Below are positions 20,922 through 29,347 of a DNA stretch of 64,000 nucleotides, in pieces (position 1 is the stretch's first letter; every line of letters starts with the position of its first letter). The stretch covers positions 1 to 64,000 of the forward strand of contig JAWBRA010000005.1 in NCBI GenBank assembly GCA_038844785.1. Reading direction: 5' to 3'. A program made the translations under genes and the position numbers. A model generated the notes under the pieces. That model did not search any database. It had not been told where the DNA came from and was given only the letters and a program-made list of their open reading frames with translations. The stretch is from Candidatus Caldarchaeum sp. Its GTDB lineage: Archaea > Thermoproteota > Nitrososphaeria_A > Caldarchaeales > Caldarchaeaceae.

Positions 20922-22618
20922 TGGCTGAGAAGTTTGATGCCGTGGTGGTGGGCGCCGGACCGGCTGGTTCCGCAGCCGCTTTGACGCTGGCCCGGAACGG
21001 ATACGACGTCTTGATGCTTGAAAAGACACAGCTGCCTGGACAGAGGAACGTGTCGGGAGGCGTTTTGTTCGGCGGATTCACTGATGGGCTGGGGCTTATA
21101 GACCTACTCCCCGAGTTTGAAGAGGAGGCGCCTCTCGAGAGGAAGATCTCGGGCCACGAGCTTTATCTGCTAAGCCAGCACGTAAGGAAAAACGGGGACT
21201 GGGAGTACAGGTTCGTCAAGTTCGATAAGAGGTCTTTATTGACAAAGGTTGGTTTAACCATGCTCAACGCATCAAGCGGACATGACTACACAGTCCTGAG
21301 GGCGCGTTTTGACAGGTGGATGGCTTCGAAAGCGGTTGAGGAAGGCGCTATGCTCGCCACGTCAAAAACGGTTGAAAACCTCATATTCAAAGACGGCAGG
21401 GTGGTGGGTGTTGTTACCCAGGATGAGGAGATATATGCTGACATGGTGATAGACTGCGGGGGGGTGACCTCACTTCTCCCCGAGAAGGCTGGAATAAGAC
21501 CTAGGCTTACTCCAGCTCAAGTCTACCATGGTGTAAAACAGGTTTTGAAGCTGTCGCCTCAGAAAATTGAAGAATTTTTCAAGCTTGACGACGGTTTCAA
21601 AACACTCTATCTGCTGGGGCCCTTTATGCACGGCATCGTCGGAGGCGGTTTCATATATCCCAACAAAGACACGCTATCTGTAGGTATAGTGGTTGGGCTT
21701 TCTTCTGCGCTACCCGTGTTCACAAGACGTTTCAACGAGTTGGGCAAACCCTTTGAGATTCTCGAGGAGATGATGTCTCATCCGTTCGTCAGCCAAATAT
21801 TACAGGAGGCAAAACCGGTCGAGTACTCGGCTCACAACATTCCAAAAGGCTACAAGGTCCTTCCCGACAAACCTTATGCTCCCGGCTTCCTACTGGCCGG
21901 CGACGCGTTAGGTGTTTTCTACAAGATTGGAGCCCTTATCGACGGAATCAGACCGGCTATAGCCTCCGGAATTTTAGCCGCGCGAACTTTCATCCACGCA
22001 AAGAACCAAGGCGACTTCAGCGCTTCGACCCTCTCGATTTACAGAAAGCTTCTAGAACCGTTGTACAGGCTTGTCTCAAAGTCGAGGACAAACAGCGCCC
22101 TGATTGAGCGTAAGATTTTCTATTCAACAAGCTGCGAGGCCATGTTTAAGCTTGGCTTGGGCAGAAAAGCGGTCGCAAAGATAGCAAACGTTGGAAACAA
22201 CGGCAAGGACATGATGCAGACTATACAGCAGATGACCGGGCTTCTCGACTATCAGGAAGACAAGCTTAGGTCGCACATAGAGGTAAACCAAGCTATGGCA
22301 TCTTCTGACAGGGAGAAAGCATGGATACCCATGTGCCCCGTCAACTGCTATACCCTGGTGACGGGTAAAGGTGTTTTCGCATCTTTCAAAGACCTTTACC
22401 GATACAACCTAGAGAGCCTGAAGAAGAATGGTTTGGATGAAAGGACGGCGGCTAGAAAGGCCTTGGAGACAACGTTGGAAGACATTAGGTTGGGGCAGCT
22501 GAAGTTCGACCACGTGGCTTGTGTGGCATGCGGGACGTGCGGCGTGATCGGACCGCCGTCCATGGTTAGGTTTGGCCATGAATGGAATGGGTACGGTGTT
22601 AAGTTTAAATATGGTTAA
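20921..22618 (+). CDS. FixC-type ETF:quinone oxidoreductase fused to FixX-like ferredoxin
   Basis: VVGAGPAG, GQRNVSGG, LRARFDRW, EYSAHNIP, LAGDA; C-terminal CPVNCY...CVACGTC...GYGVKFKYG. Confidence 0.88.
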   Translation: MAEKFDAVVVGAGPAGSAAALTLARNGYDVLMLEKTQLPGQRNVSGGVLFGGFTDGLGLIDLLPEFEEEAPLERKISGHELYLLSQHVRKNGDWEYRFVKFDKRSLLTKVGLTMLNASSGHDYTVLRARFDRWMASKAVEEGAMLATSKTVENLIFKDGRVVGVVTQDEEIYADMVIDCGGVTSLLPEKAGIRPRLTPAQVYHGVKQVLKLSPQKIEEFFKLDDGFKTLYLLGPFMHGIVGGGFIYPNKDTLSVGIVVGLSSALPVFTRRFNELGKPFEILEEMMSHPFVSQILQEAKPVEYSAHNIPKGYKVLPDKPYAPGFLLAGDALGVFYKIGALIDGIRPAIASGILAARTFIHAKNQGDFSASTLSIYRKLLEPLYRLVSKSRTNSALIERKIFYSTSCEAMFKLGLGRKAVAKIANVGNNGKDMMQTIQQMTGLLDYQEDKLRSHIEVNQAMASSDREKAWIPMCPVNCYTLVTGKGVFASFKDLYRYNLESLKKNGLDERTAARKALETTLEDIRLGQLKFDHVACVACGTCGVIGPPSMVRFGHEWNGYGVKFKYG

Positions 22619-22681
22619 TATGGTACCAATCTTATTTTATGATAAGAATAGCTTAAATTAAGGCTAAAACAGGCATACCCC

Positions 22682-23533
22682 ATGACCTACGCAAACCCCA
22701 GCGTTCTAGCGGAAGTTGAATGGCTGAAACAAAACCTGGCAGACCCCAGCATAAAAGTCGTGGAGGTTGACTACGACCCGAAGCTGGCTTACGAACAAGG
22801 CCATATACCCGGAGCCTTGCTGATCGACTGGAGGAAAGACATGAACAAGCAGGACGTCCGTGACATAATAGACGCCCGCGAGTTTGAAAACCTCATGTCA
22901 CGTTTAGGCATCTCAAACGACACCCACGTAATACTCTACGGCGACTACAACAACTGGTTTGCGACTTTCGCCTTCTGGGTCTTCGAAATGTACAACCATA
23001 AGAAAGTCCAGCTCCTCAACGGCGGAAGGAAAAAATGGATCGATTCCGGCGGAGAGCTCACAAAAGAAGTGCCAAAGCCAAAGCCAGCGGTATACCGTGT
23101 CGAGAAAATCAACCTTGAACAGCGGGTTTTCCTTGATGAGCTTTTGAAGGAGAAAATAGCGGATCCGAACTTGGTTTTAGTCGACGTTAGGTCACCTGCG
23201 GAGTTTACCGGCGAGATCACGGCTCCTCCGGAATATCCTAACGAGCATGCGCAAAGGGGCGGCCATATCCCAGGTGCGGTAAACATTCCTTGGGGGCAGG
23301 CGGTACGTGAAGACGGCACTTTCAAACCTGCTGAAGAGCTTAGGCAGCTCTACAGCTCAAAAGGAGTTACTCCGGATAAAAACGTAGTCACTTACTGCAG
23401 AATCGGCGAGAGAGCTAGCGTAACATGGTTTGTGTTGAAACATTTGGTTGGATACCAGCGTGTCCGAGTTTACGACGGCAGCTGGACAGAGTGGGGTAAC
23501 CTCGTTAGGTTTCCGATAGAGAGGCAGCGTTGA
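22682..23533 (+). CDS. tandem-domain rhodanese (thiosulfate sulfurtransferase, CysA-type)
   Basis: GHIPGA twice, active-site loop YCRIGER, YDGSWTEWGN. Confidence 0.93.
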   Translation: MTYANPSVLAEVEWLKQNLADPSIKVVEVDYDPKLAYEQGHIPGALLIDWRKDMNKQDVRDIIDAREFENLMSRLGISNDTHVILYGDYNNWFATFAFWVFEMYNHKKVQLLNGGRKKWIDSGGELTKEVPKPKPAVYRVEKINLEQRVFLDELLKEKIADPNLVLVDVRSPAEFTGEITAPPEYPNEHAQRGGHIPGAVNIPWGQAVREDGTFKPAEELRQLYSSKGVTPDKNVVTYCRIGERASVTWFVLKHLVGYQRVRVYDGSWTEWGNLVRFPIERQR

Positions 23534-24189
23534 AGTCTGCGGATGGATGTTTCTTACCGGAGGACAGGGGCTACGTCGTTGAACACGACCTATGGTTCAA
23601 GAACGTTGCGGAGAACAGGTATTTGGTGGGAGCGTGCCAACCATTTCTTTTCATGGCAGGCAGGCCTAAAAAAGTAAACGTAAGAGGTAAAGGAACCTTA
23701 GTCAGACGGAACACAGCCATTGCCCTTGTTGTTTCGTCAAAGATGGAGGGCGCTTTGCTGTCGCCTGTTGACTTAGAAATACTGCATGTTAACGATTTTG
23801 TGTTGCAAAACCCCGAGGTTTTAGCTGACGACCCTTATGAAAAAGGATGGCTAGCTGAAATAATCTGCCACTCAACCCCTGCATTAACAGGTGCGGAAAC
23901 AGCCTCCGTGTTATATGAGCAGTTGAACAGCCGGCGTGGGGTTGTCTGCTTCGACATAGTCCCACATTACCAGATGACTGTGTTTGGGGAAAGCTGTGAG
24001 AGTATTTTGACTAAGATAGGTAATTTCATGAGTCAACACGTGGGTGTAGGCGAGACGCTTTACGTTGTGACGCAGGACCCGGCTACAGAGGTGGACATGA
24101 TTAACTGGGCTGAGAAAACAGGTCAGCATCTCCTAGGCATGAAAAGGTTTGGAAAAACCATTCACGTAATGTACAAGCGCATGGTTTAA
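23530..24189 (+). CDS. LbpA/GcvH-like lipoyl-carrier domain fused to TusA/SirA-like domain
   Basis: aa 1-140: GCFLPED, HDLW, VVSSK71, SPV..I..VN, NPEVLADDPYEKGWL, terminal C140; aa 145-219: GESC156, GETLYVVTQDPATEVDMINWAEKTGQ (TusA pattern); start overlaps the rhodanese stop. Confidence 0.78.
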   Translation: MKSADGCFLPEDRGYVVEHDLWFKNVAENRYLVGACQPFLFMAGRPKKVNVRGKGTLVRRNTAIALVVSSKMEGALLSPVDLEILHVNDFVLQNPEVLADDPYEKGWLAEIICHSTPALTGAETASVLYEQLNSRRGVVCFDIVPHYQMTVFGESCESILTKIGNFMSQHVGVGETLYVVTQDPATEVDMINWAEKTGQHLLGMKRFGKTIHVMYKRMV

Positions 24190-24725
24190 GCTCGCCACCA
24201 TTCAAACATCACATACGTCACCTTATCTTCAGCGGGAACCGCTACTGTAAAATATTTTTTCACCGAGGTAGCGAGCCTTCCGGACCGTATTATCTCCAGA
24301 GCTGAAATCTTTCCATTCTGTTCCTTAACCTGTATGATGAATGGGGCGTGGTCGATGCCTGGTCCATGCCGGTAGACTGCGAAATCGCTGCCAAACTTTA
24401 TCCCGGGGAGAACTATGAAACCCCTATTCCTCAAATCGCTGTAAACTGTGTATTTTTTCAACAGATTCTCGTCCTGGGCTATGGCATGTTTTTCCAGCTC
24501 TTCCGCCGTTAGTTCCTTGCCTGAGCTGAACACTTTCAGAAGGCCGTTTCTATGAAGGTACAGTGCTTCCAGCAAGTCCAAAACGAGGGGTGCGTCGAAG
24601 TTCATGTCCCTTGGCTTGGGTATGCCCAAGGGTTTTCCGAAAAAACCTTTCCTGTAAAGATCTCTGGCCTCTTCCACGTCCCATACTATTACGCTGTCCT
24701 TTAACAGCTCTCCCCGTGCCAACAA
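24186..24725 (-). CDS. endA: tRNA-splicing endonuclease catalytic subunit
   Basis: VYSDLRNRG, GIKFGSDFAVY..GPGIDHAPF, RLATSVKK; GFFGKPLGIPKP Crenarchaea-specific loop. Confidence 0.92.
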   Translation of the reverse strand: MLARGELLKDSVIVWDVEEARDLYRKGFFGKPLGIPKPRDMNFDAPLVLDLLEALYLHRNGLLKVFSSGKELTAEELEKHAIAQDENLLKKYTVYSDLRNRGFIVLPGIKFGSDFAVYRHGPGIDHAPFIIQVKEQNGKISALEIIRSGRLATSVKKYFTVAVPAEDKVTYVMFEWWRA

Positions 24726-24732
24726 CTTCAGC

Positions 24733-25398
24733 CTAAAGGATTACAAACGAGAGAACACGCAGGGTTTCAACAGCCTCCTCAGACCTGTCGGCTATGTCTT
24801 CAAGCATCGAGACTATCTCGCGGACAAGCAGTAGCTGGCCAACCTTCATGTCCGTCTGAAGTATGGTTAGGTCGAGGTTGCGGTAGATTTCGTCTACGTT
24901 TCGCTCAGCCTCTTCAGTCTCTTTAACTTTCTGGAGAAATGTCTCGCTGTTCAGGGTAACGGCTAGAAGAGCCTCTCTTAGCTTTGTCACAGACTGTAGC
25001 ACGGCGTCGCACAGCTTCAACACATTAGCCAAAATCTCCCTATCAATCTTCATACGGGCCTTGGTTAAGCCTAAGATTCTGTACGCCACGCCCTCCGCAG
25101 TGTCTGCTATCCGGTCAATTCCGTTAACCAGACGGATGAAATCTTCTCTGTTGGTGAGTATGGCTCCTATGTCTGACACCTCTTTCTCTACAAGCCTTCT
25201 AGACTCTTTGGCGGCTTCGTCGGCCTTCAGCACGGCCGCGTAAAGCTCCTCCATCTTCTTAATATCATAGTCCTTGTTGAGCGAATCGAGCATGAGCGAC
25301 GTTTTTCTTAAAAGCTCCAAAACATTCCTTATCTGGTCTTGAGCGAGGCTGAGAAGCCTCGACCTATAATCTTCCATCCTTTCTCTTGCAGCATACAA
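24733..25398 (-). CDS. DUF47/PhoU-like helical bundle protein
   Basis: REDFIRLVNGIDRIAD, EEAERNVDEIYR, LEDIADRSE. Confidence 0.8.
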   Translation of the reverse strand: MYAARERMEDYRSRLLSLAQDQIRNVLELLRKTSLMLDSLNKDYDIKKMEELYAAVLKADEAAKESRRLVEKEVSDIGAILTNREDFIRLVNGIDRIADTAEGVAYRILGLTKARMKIDREILANVLKLCDAVLQSVTKLREALLAVTLNSETFLQKVKETEEAERNVDEIYRNLDLTILQTDMKVGQLLLVREIVSMLEDIADRSEEAVETLRVLSFVIL

Positions 25399-25466
25399 GC
25401 CGTGGCACCTGCTGTTGATAATGCATTAAACATTTTTAAAGATATCGTGGCTGCGTGATTTGATGT

Positions 25467-26060
25467 ATGAAGGTTGCCGGAGCGGTAGTTGCTTCTGGTT
25501 TTGCTAGACGTTTTGGCGGTGATAAACTAGTCACCCCTTTACTTGACAAGCCTCTTTTAACATGGGCCCTCGAATCCATAGCCCACCTGGATTATAAGGC
25601 GGTTGTTTTGAAGAAGTTTGATGAGAAGCGAAGACTTGTACCGCCTGCTTTTACTGTTCTAGTCAACCTAAACGCTGAAAAGGGTTTGAGCTCTGCGTTA
25701 AGAGTTGCTGCATCATGGATGCCTGCGGATGCTGACGGGCTGGCGGTGGTGTTAGGAGACATGCCGTTTTCTAAGAAGGTTGTCGACGAGCTTGTGAAAG
25801 CCTTCCATTTAGGCGGGTTCGACGCCGTTTCAGCGGGGCTGAACAGCAATCCTGTAAACCCAGCGGTTTTCTCTAGAAAAATCGTCCACCACTTGATTTC
25901 TCTTGAAGGAGACGTCGGAGCCCAGACAGTCCTCAAAAAAGTTAAAACCCTTGTCATAGATTTTGACAGACGGCTTTTGACAGACGTGGATACACCGGAA
26001 GACTTAGCGGAAGCGGTCAAAGCTGTGGAAGAGCTACGTCGTCTCAAGTACCTCGACTGA
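25467..26060 (+). CDS. MocA/MobA-like nucleotidyltransferase
   Basis: ASGFARRFGGDKL, GLSSAL, LGDMP, LEGDVGA, DVDTPED. Confidence 0.85.
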   Translation: MKVAGAVVASGFARRFGGDKLVTPLLDKPLLTWALESIAHLDYKAVVLKKFDEKRRLVPPAFTVLVNLNAEKGLSSALRVAASWMPADADGLAVVLGDMPFSKKVVDELVKAFHLGGFDAVSAGLNSNPVNPAVFSRKIVHHLISLEGDVGAQTVLKKVKTLVIDFDRRLLTDVDTPEDLAEAVKAVEELRRLKYLD

Positions 26061-26960
26061 GTCTATTTTGCCATCACCGTCGAGGTCCAGACCCTCCACA
26101 ACCGCTGCCCAGCTTTCCTGACCTTCGTAAGATTCTAACAGTTTCTCCCAACCGGTTGTCAGAGATATTACCGCTGCCTTTGTTCCGGAGGCTCTGAGCC
26201 CCGCTAGAACGATGGCCGTGTTGTTGGGGTTGCTGGGGTTTGGTGTTTTTGCGACGAGGCCGATGAACTCGCTGGTGTAAGTTTGTTTCGGCGAGACAAG
26301 GCCAGCCCAGTAGTTGCTTTCTAGGAAGCTTATCGGCAGGCTGGTGTTCACCATGGCTGTGATTAGGTTGGTGCCCGGCCCTCCCAGCAACAGCAAGTTG
26401 TTTGTGTAAAGCTTCTCCGACTTGACGTCCACGTCAAGCCTTACAGCGAAGTCAGCAGGTAGCCCCACATACCTACCTAGGAAAAGACCAAGCTGGAAAC
26501 CATAGTGGCCGTCAGAGGCCACAGACCTGAAGGGGCCGTGGGGATGGGGTGAGCCGACCACAACCAAGCCGTTTAGCTTTCCATCCCTTACAAACGGGTG
26601 GAGAAAGGCTGACAGCTTTTCAGGCATCTCAACCTTCTTGAAATGACGGCGCCAGGGATGCTTGGGAAAAACTACGGCTATTCCCGAGGAGGTGGTTTTG
26701 TACAACCTTGCCCTCCCACCTCTAACCTCTGTTTCACCAACCTCCGTCAAAAAACCTGTTTTGAGCATCCTCTTCACATACATCCCGACCGCCTGCTTGC
26801 TAACTCCCAGCTTCTCGGCGACGTTGGCAGGGTAGTCTGGCTTGCGAAAAGCCCCAGCTATCTCAGCCGCAAGCCTTGACGAAAATACCTTAGCTGAATC
26901 TGCGCTCGCCAATGCAACGTCTATTTCACGCAGTCCATAGACAAGCCTAGCTCTTCTCAT
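26034..26960 (-). CDS. wHTH transcription regulator with C-terminal alpha/beta domain
   Basis: ArsR-like wHTH (YPANVAEKLGVSKQAV...RGGRARLY); C-domain with VVGSPHPHGP, NLLLLGGPGTN, VLAGLRASGT. Confidence 0.65.
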   Translation of the reverse strand: MRRARLVYGLREIDVALASADSAKVFSSRLAAEIAGAFRKPDYPANVAEKLGVSKQAVGMYVKRMLKTGFLTEVGETEVRGGRARLYKTTSSGIAVVFPKHPWRRHFKKVEMPEKLSAFLHPFVRDGKLNGLVVVGSPHPHGPFRSVASDGHYGFQLGLFLGRYVGLPADFAVRLDVDVKSEKLYTNNLLLLGGPGTNLITAMVNTSLPISFLESNYWAGLVSPKQTYTSEFIGLVAKTPNPSNPNNTAIVLAGLRASGTKAAVISLTTGWEKLLESYEGQESWAAVVEGLDLDGDGKIDSVEVLETT

Positions 26961-27005
26961 AACCAGTAAAAAAAATATTTCACCGGTTAATCAACCTTTG
27001 AATCG

Positions 27006-27017
27006 TGTTTATAAACA
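27006..27017. promoter_or_regulatory. palindromic TATA-box element upstream of glmS
   Basis: perfect palindrome TGTTTATAAACA, ending about 20 nt before the glmS ATG (27037), between divergent genes. Confidence 0.5.
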
Positions 27018-27036
27018 GGTTGTCCATCGGAACCGT

Positions 27037-28854
27037 ATGTGCGGCATTGTCGGATACGTTGGCGAAGCTAGGGCTGCGCCTATTCTGGTAAAGTCTCTCA
27101 AAAGGCTTGAGTATAGGGGGTACGACTCAGCGGGTATCGCGACAATCTACGACGGCAAGCTTTACATCGAGAAGGACGCGGGAAAAATCGATGAGATAAA
27201 CCTAAAGCTTGGGTTTGACACGCTGCCGGGCTTTATAGGAATAGCACACACAAGATGGGCGACCCACGGCGCCCCCACGAAGGTTAACGCACATCCCCAC
27301 ACCGACTGCGGAAATACAATCGCAGTCGTCCACAACGGCGTTCTGGAGAACTTTTTACAACTGAAGAAAGAGCTTTCCGACCTAGACCACGTGTTTGTAT
27401 CTAAAACAGACACCGAGGCTATTCCGCATTTGCTTGAAGAATACCTGAAGGCTGGCGAAAGCCTGGAGAAGGCGTTCATAAAGATGTTACGTAGGCTTGA
27501 AGGCAGTTACGCCCTGGCAGTTGTCTCGTCAAAACATCCTGACATGCTTCTTACCGCTAGGAAGGAGGCGCCGCTCATCATAGGTGTTGGAGCGGGATTC
27601 AACATGGCCGCGTCAGACATAACAGCGTTGCTTGACATGACCAGGGAGATGGTTTTTCTCCACGACGGTGATGCAGCGATCTTGACAAAGGATGGTTACC
27701 GCATCATAAGGATAGACAGTGGAGAGGCTGTTGAGAGACCGGTTAAACACGTTGAATTAAGCGTGGAGATGGCTGAGAAACAGGGATATGCCCACTTCAT
27801 GCTTAAGGAGATTTTTGAACAGCCTCAAACGCTCAGAGACTCTCTCCGACTACAGCAGGAATACGTTGACCTGCTGGCGGAACTACTTGACAAAGGCCGG
27901 GTGATTTTCCTGGTTGGTGCCGGAACATCCTACAACGCTTGTTTGGCGGGCTCCTACCAGCTTTCGCACATGGCCCGTATGGCAACCTACCCGGTCATCG
28001 CTTCAGAATTCATCCCAAACTACGGTGGCTCTCTCGGAGCAGACACCGTTGTCTTGGCGGTCAGCCAGTCGGGTGAAACGGCTGACGTCTTGAACGCCCT
28101 CGAATACGCGAGGATGAGGGCCTGCACGATCTTGGGGTTGACAAACACTGTTGGCTCAACCCTGACCCGAATATCGCGGGCATACGTCCTCCAAAACTCG
28201 GGGCCAGAGATAGGTGTGGCGGCAACGAAAACTTTCACGTCCCAGGTGCTTTCGCTGGCCCAGATTGCATTAAGGCTGGCTAGGCTTAGGGGGAAGATAG
28301 CTCAGTATGAGATGGATGAGTTCAAGTCAGAGCTGGCGAAAGTTCCTAAGATAGTTGAGGAGGTTTTGATGAAATGCGGGCCCCGTGTGCAGGAACTGGC
28401 GCGACTCCTTGCACCTAAAAAATTTTTATTCGTGTTGGGTAGGGGTGTGTCAACCAGCACAGCATACGAAGGCCGTCTTAAGGTGATGGAGCTTTCCTAC
28501 ATACCGTGCATAGCTTATCCAGCCGGCGAAAGTAAGCATGGACCTATAAGCGTGATAGAGAAGGATGTCCCAGTCATATTCGTCGCACCCAACGACGAAT
28601 ACAGAAAATTAAACATCGGAAGCATAATGGAGATGAAGGCTCGGGGAGCCTATGTCGTGGTTTTCGGCGACGCTGCTGACGATGAGCTTAGGCAGCTAGC
28701 TGACTTCTACATAGGGTTGCCTAGGGTCCACCCGCTTTTAACACCAATCCCCTACGCCGTCCCGTTCCAGCTACTCGCCTACCATCTCGCCGTCTTGAAA
28801 GGACTGGACCCCGACAAGCCTAGAAACCTTGCAAAATCCGTAACCGTCCTTTAA
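27037..28854 (+). CDS. glmS: glutamine-fructose-6-phosphate transaminase
   Basis: MCGIVG, EYRGYDSAG, HTRWATHG, SQSGETAD, DPDKPRNLAKSVTV. Confidence 0.97.
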   Translation: MCGIVGYVGEARAAPILVKSLKRLEYRGYDSAGIATIYDGKLYIEKDAGKIDEINLKLGFDTLPGFIGIAHTRWATHGAPTKVNAHPHTDCGNTIAVVHNGVLENFLQLKKELSDLDHVFVSKTDTEAIPHLLEEYLKAGESLEKAFIKMLRRLEGSYALAVVSSKHPDMLLTARKEAPLIIGVGAGFNMAASDITALLDMTREMVFLHDGDAAILTKDGYRIIRIDSGEAVERPVKHVELSVEMAEKQGYAHFMLKEIFEQPQTLRDSLRLQQEYVDLLAELLDKGRVIFLVGAGTSYNACLAGSYQLSHMARMATYPVIASEFIPNYGGSLGADTVVLAVSQSGETADVLNALEYARMRACTILGLTNTVGSTLTRISRAYVLQNSGPEIGVAATKTFTSQVLSLAQIALRLARLRGKIAQYEMDEFKSELAKVPKIVEEVLMKCGPRVQELARLLAPKKFLFVLGRGVSTSTAYEGRLKVMELSYIPCIAYPAGESKHGPISVIEKDVPVIFVAPNDEYRKLNIGSIMEMKARGAYVVVFGDAADDELRQLADFYIGLPRVHPLLTPIPYAVPFQLLAYHLAVLKGLDPDKPRNLAKSVTVL

Positions 28855-28885
28855 AAATATCTAAAACTTACACAGAGGTTAGCCG

Positions 28886-29347
28886 ATGCCCTGCTGTGTC
28901 CTAGTTGTTAAAGACCATTTTGTCGGCAAGGAGGTTATTCCCGCGAGGGAGGTGGCTGAGGTGAGGGTGGGGAAGAAGTTTTGGCTAGTGAGCAAGCGTG
29001 TTGCAGCCATGAAGACTTTGAAAGAAGGAGGGGTTGCAGTTTTCTATGCAACAGGACGTGAAGGCCGTATGTTCTTGGGGGAAGGAAGCTTCTCGGAGGA
29101 GCCTAAACCATTAACGGACGAACTACGTTTCCACGTACGCGGCCTTCCCTCAGAAAAGCTTACACACTTCATAAAGCTTGACCACGCCCGCCTCTGGGAC
29201 AGGACTGTCCCGGCAGAGGAGGTTGTCGAAAAGCTTTCCTTCATAAGAAAGAGGGATAAGTGGCAGTCCTACTTTAGAGGTAGCTTAAGGCAGATACCTG
29301 AGGAGGATTTTAACCTGTTGAAAAGCATGGGCTCGTCTCAGCCGTAG
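28886..29347 (+). CDS. EVE-domain (PUA-like) protein
   Basis: W.V......LKEG...VFY, LSFI..RDKW..YFRGS.RQIPEEDF pattern. Confidence 0.7.
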   Translation: MPCCVLVVKDHFVGKEVIPAREVAEVRVGKKFWLVSKRVAAMKTLKEGGVAVFYATGREGRMFLGEGSFSEEPKPLTDELRFHVRGLPSEKLTHFIKLDHARLWDRTVPAEEVVEKLSFIRKRDKWQSYFRGSLRQIPEEDFNLLKSMGSSQP

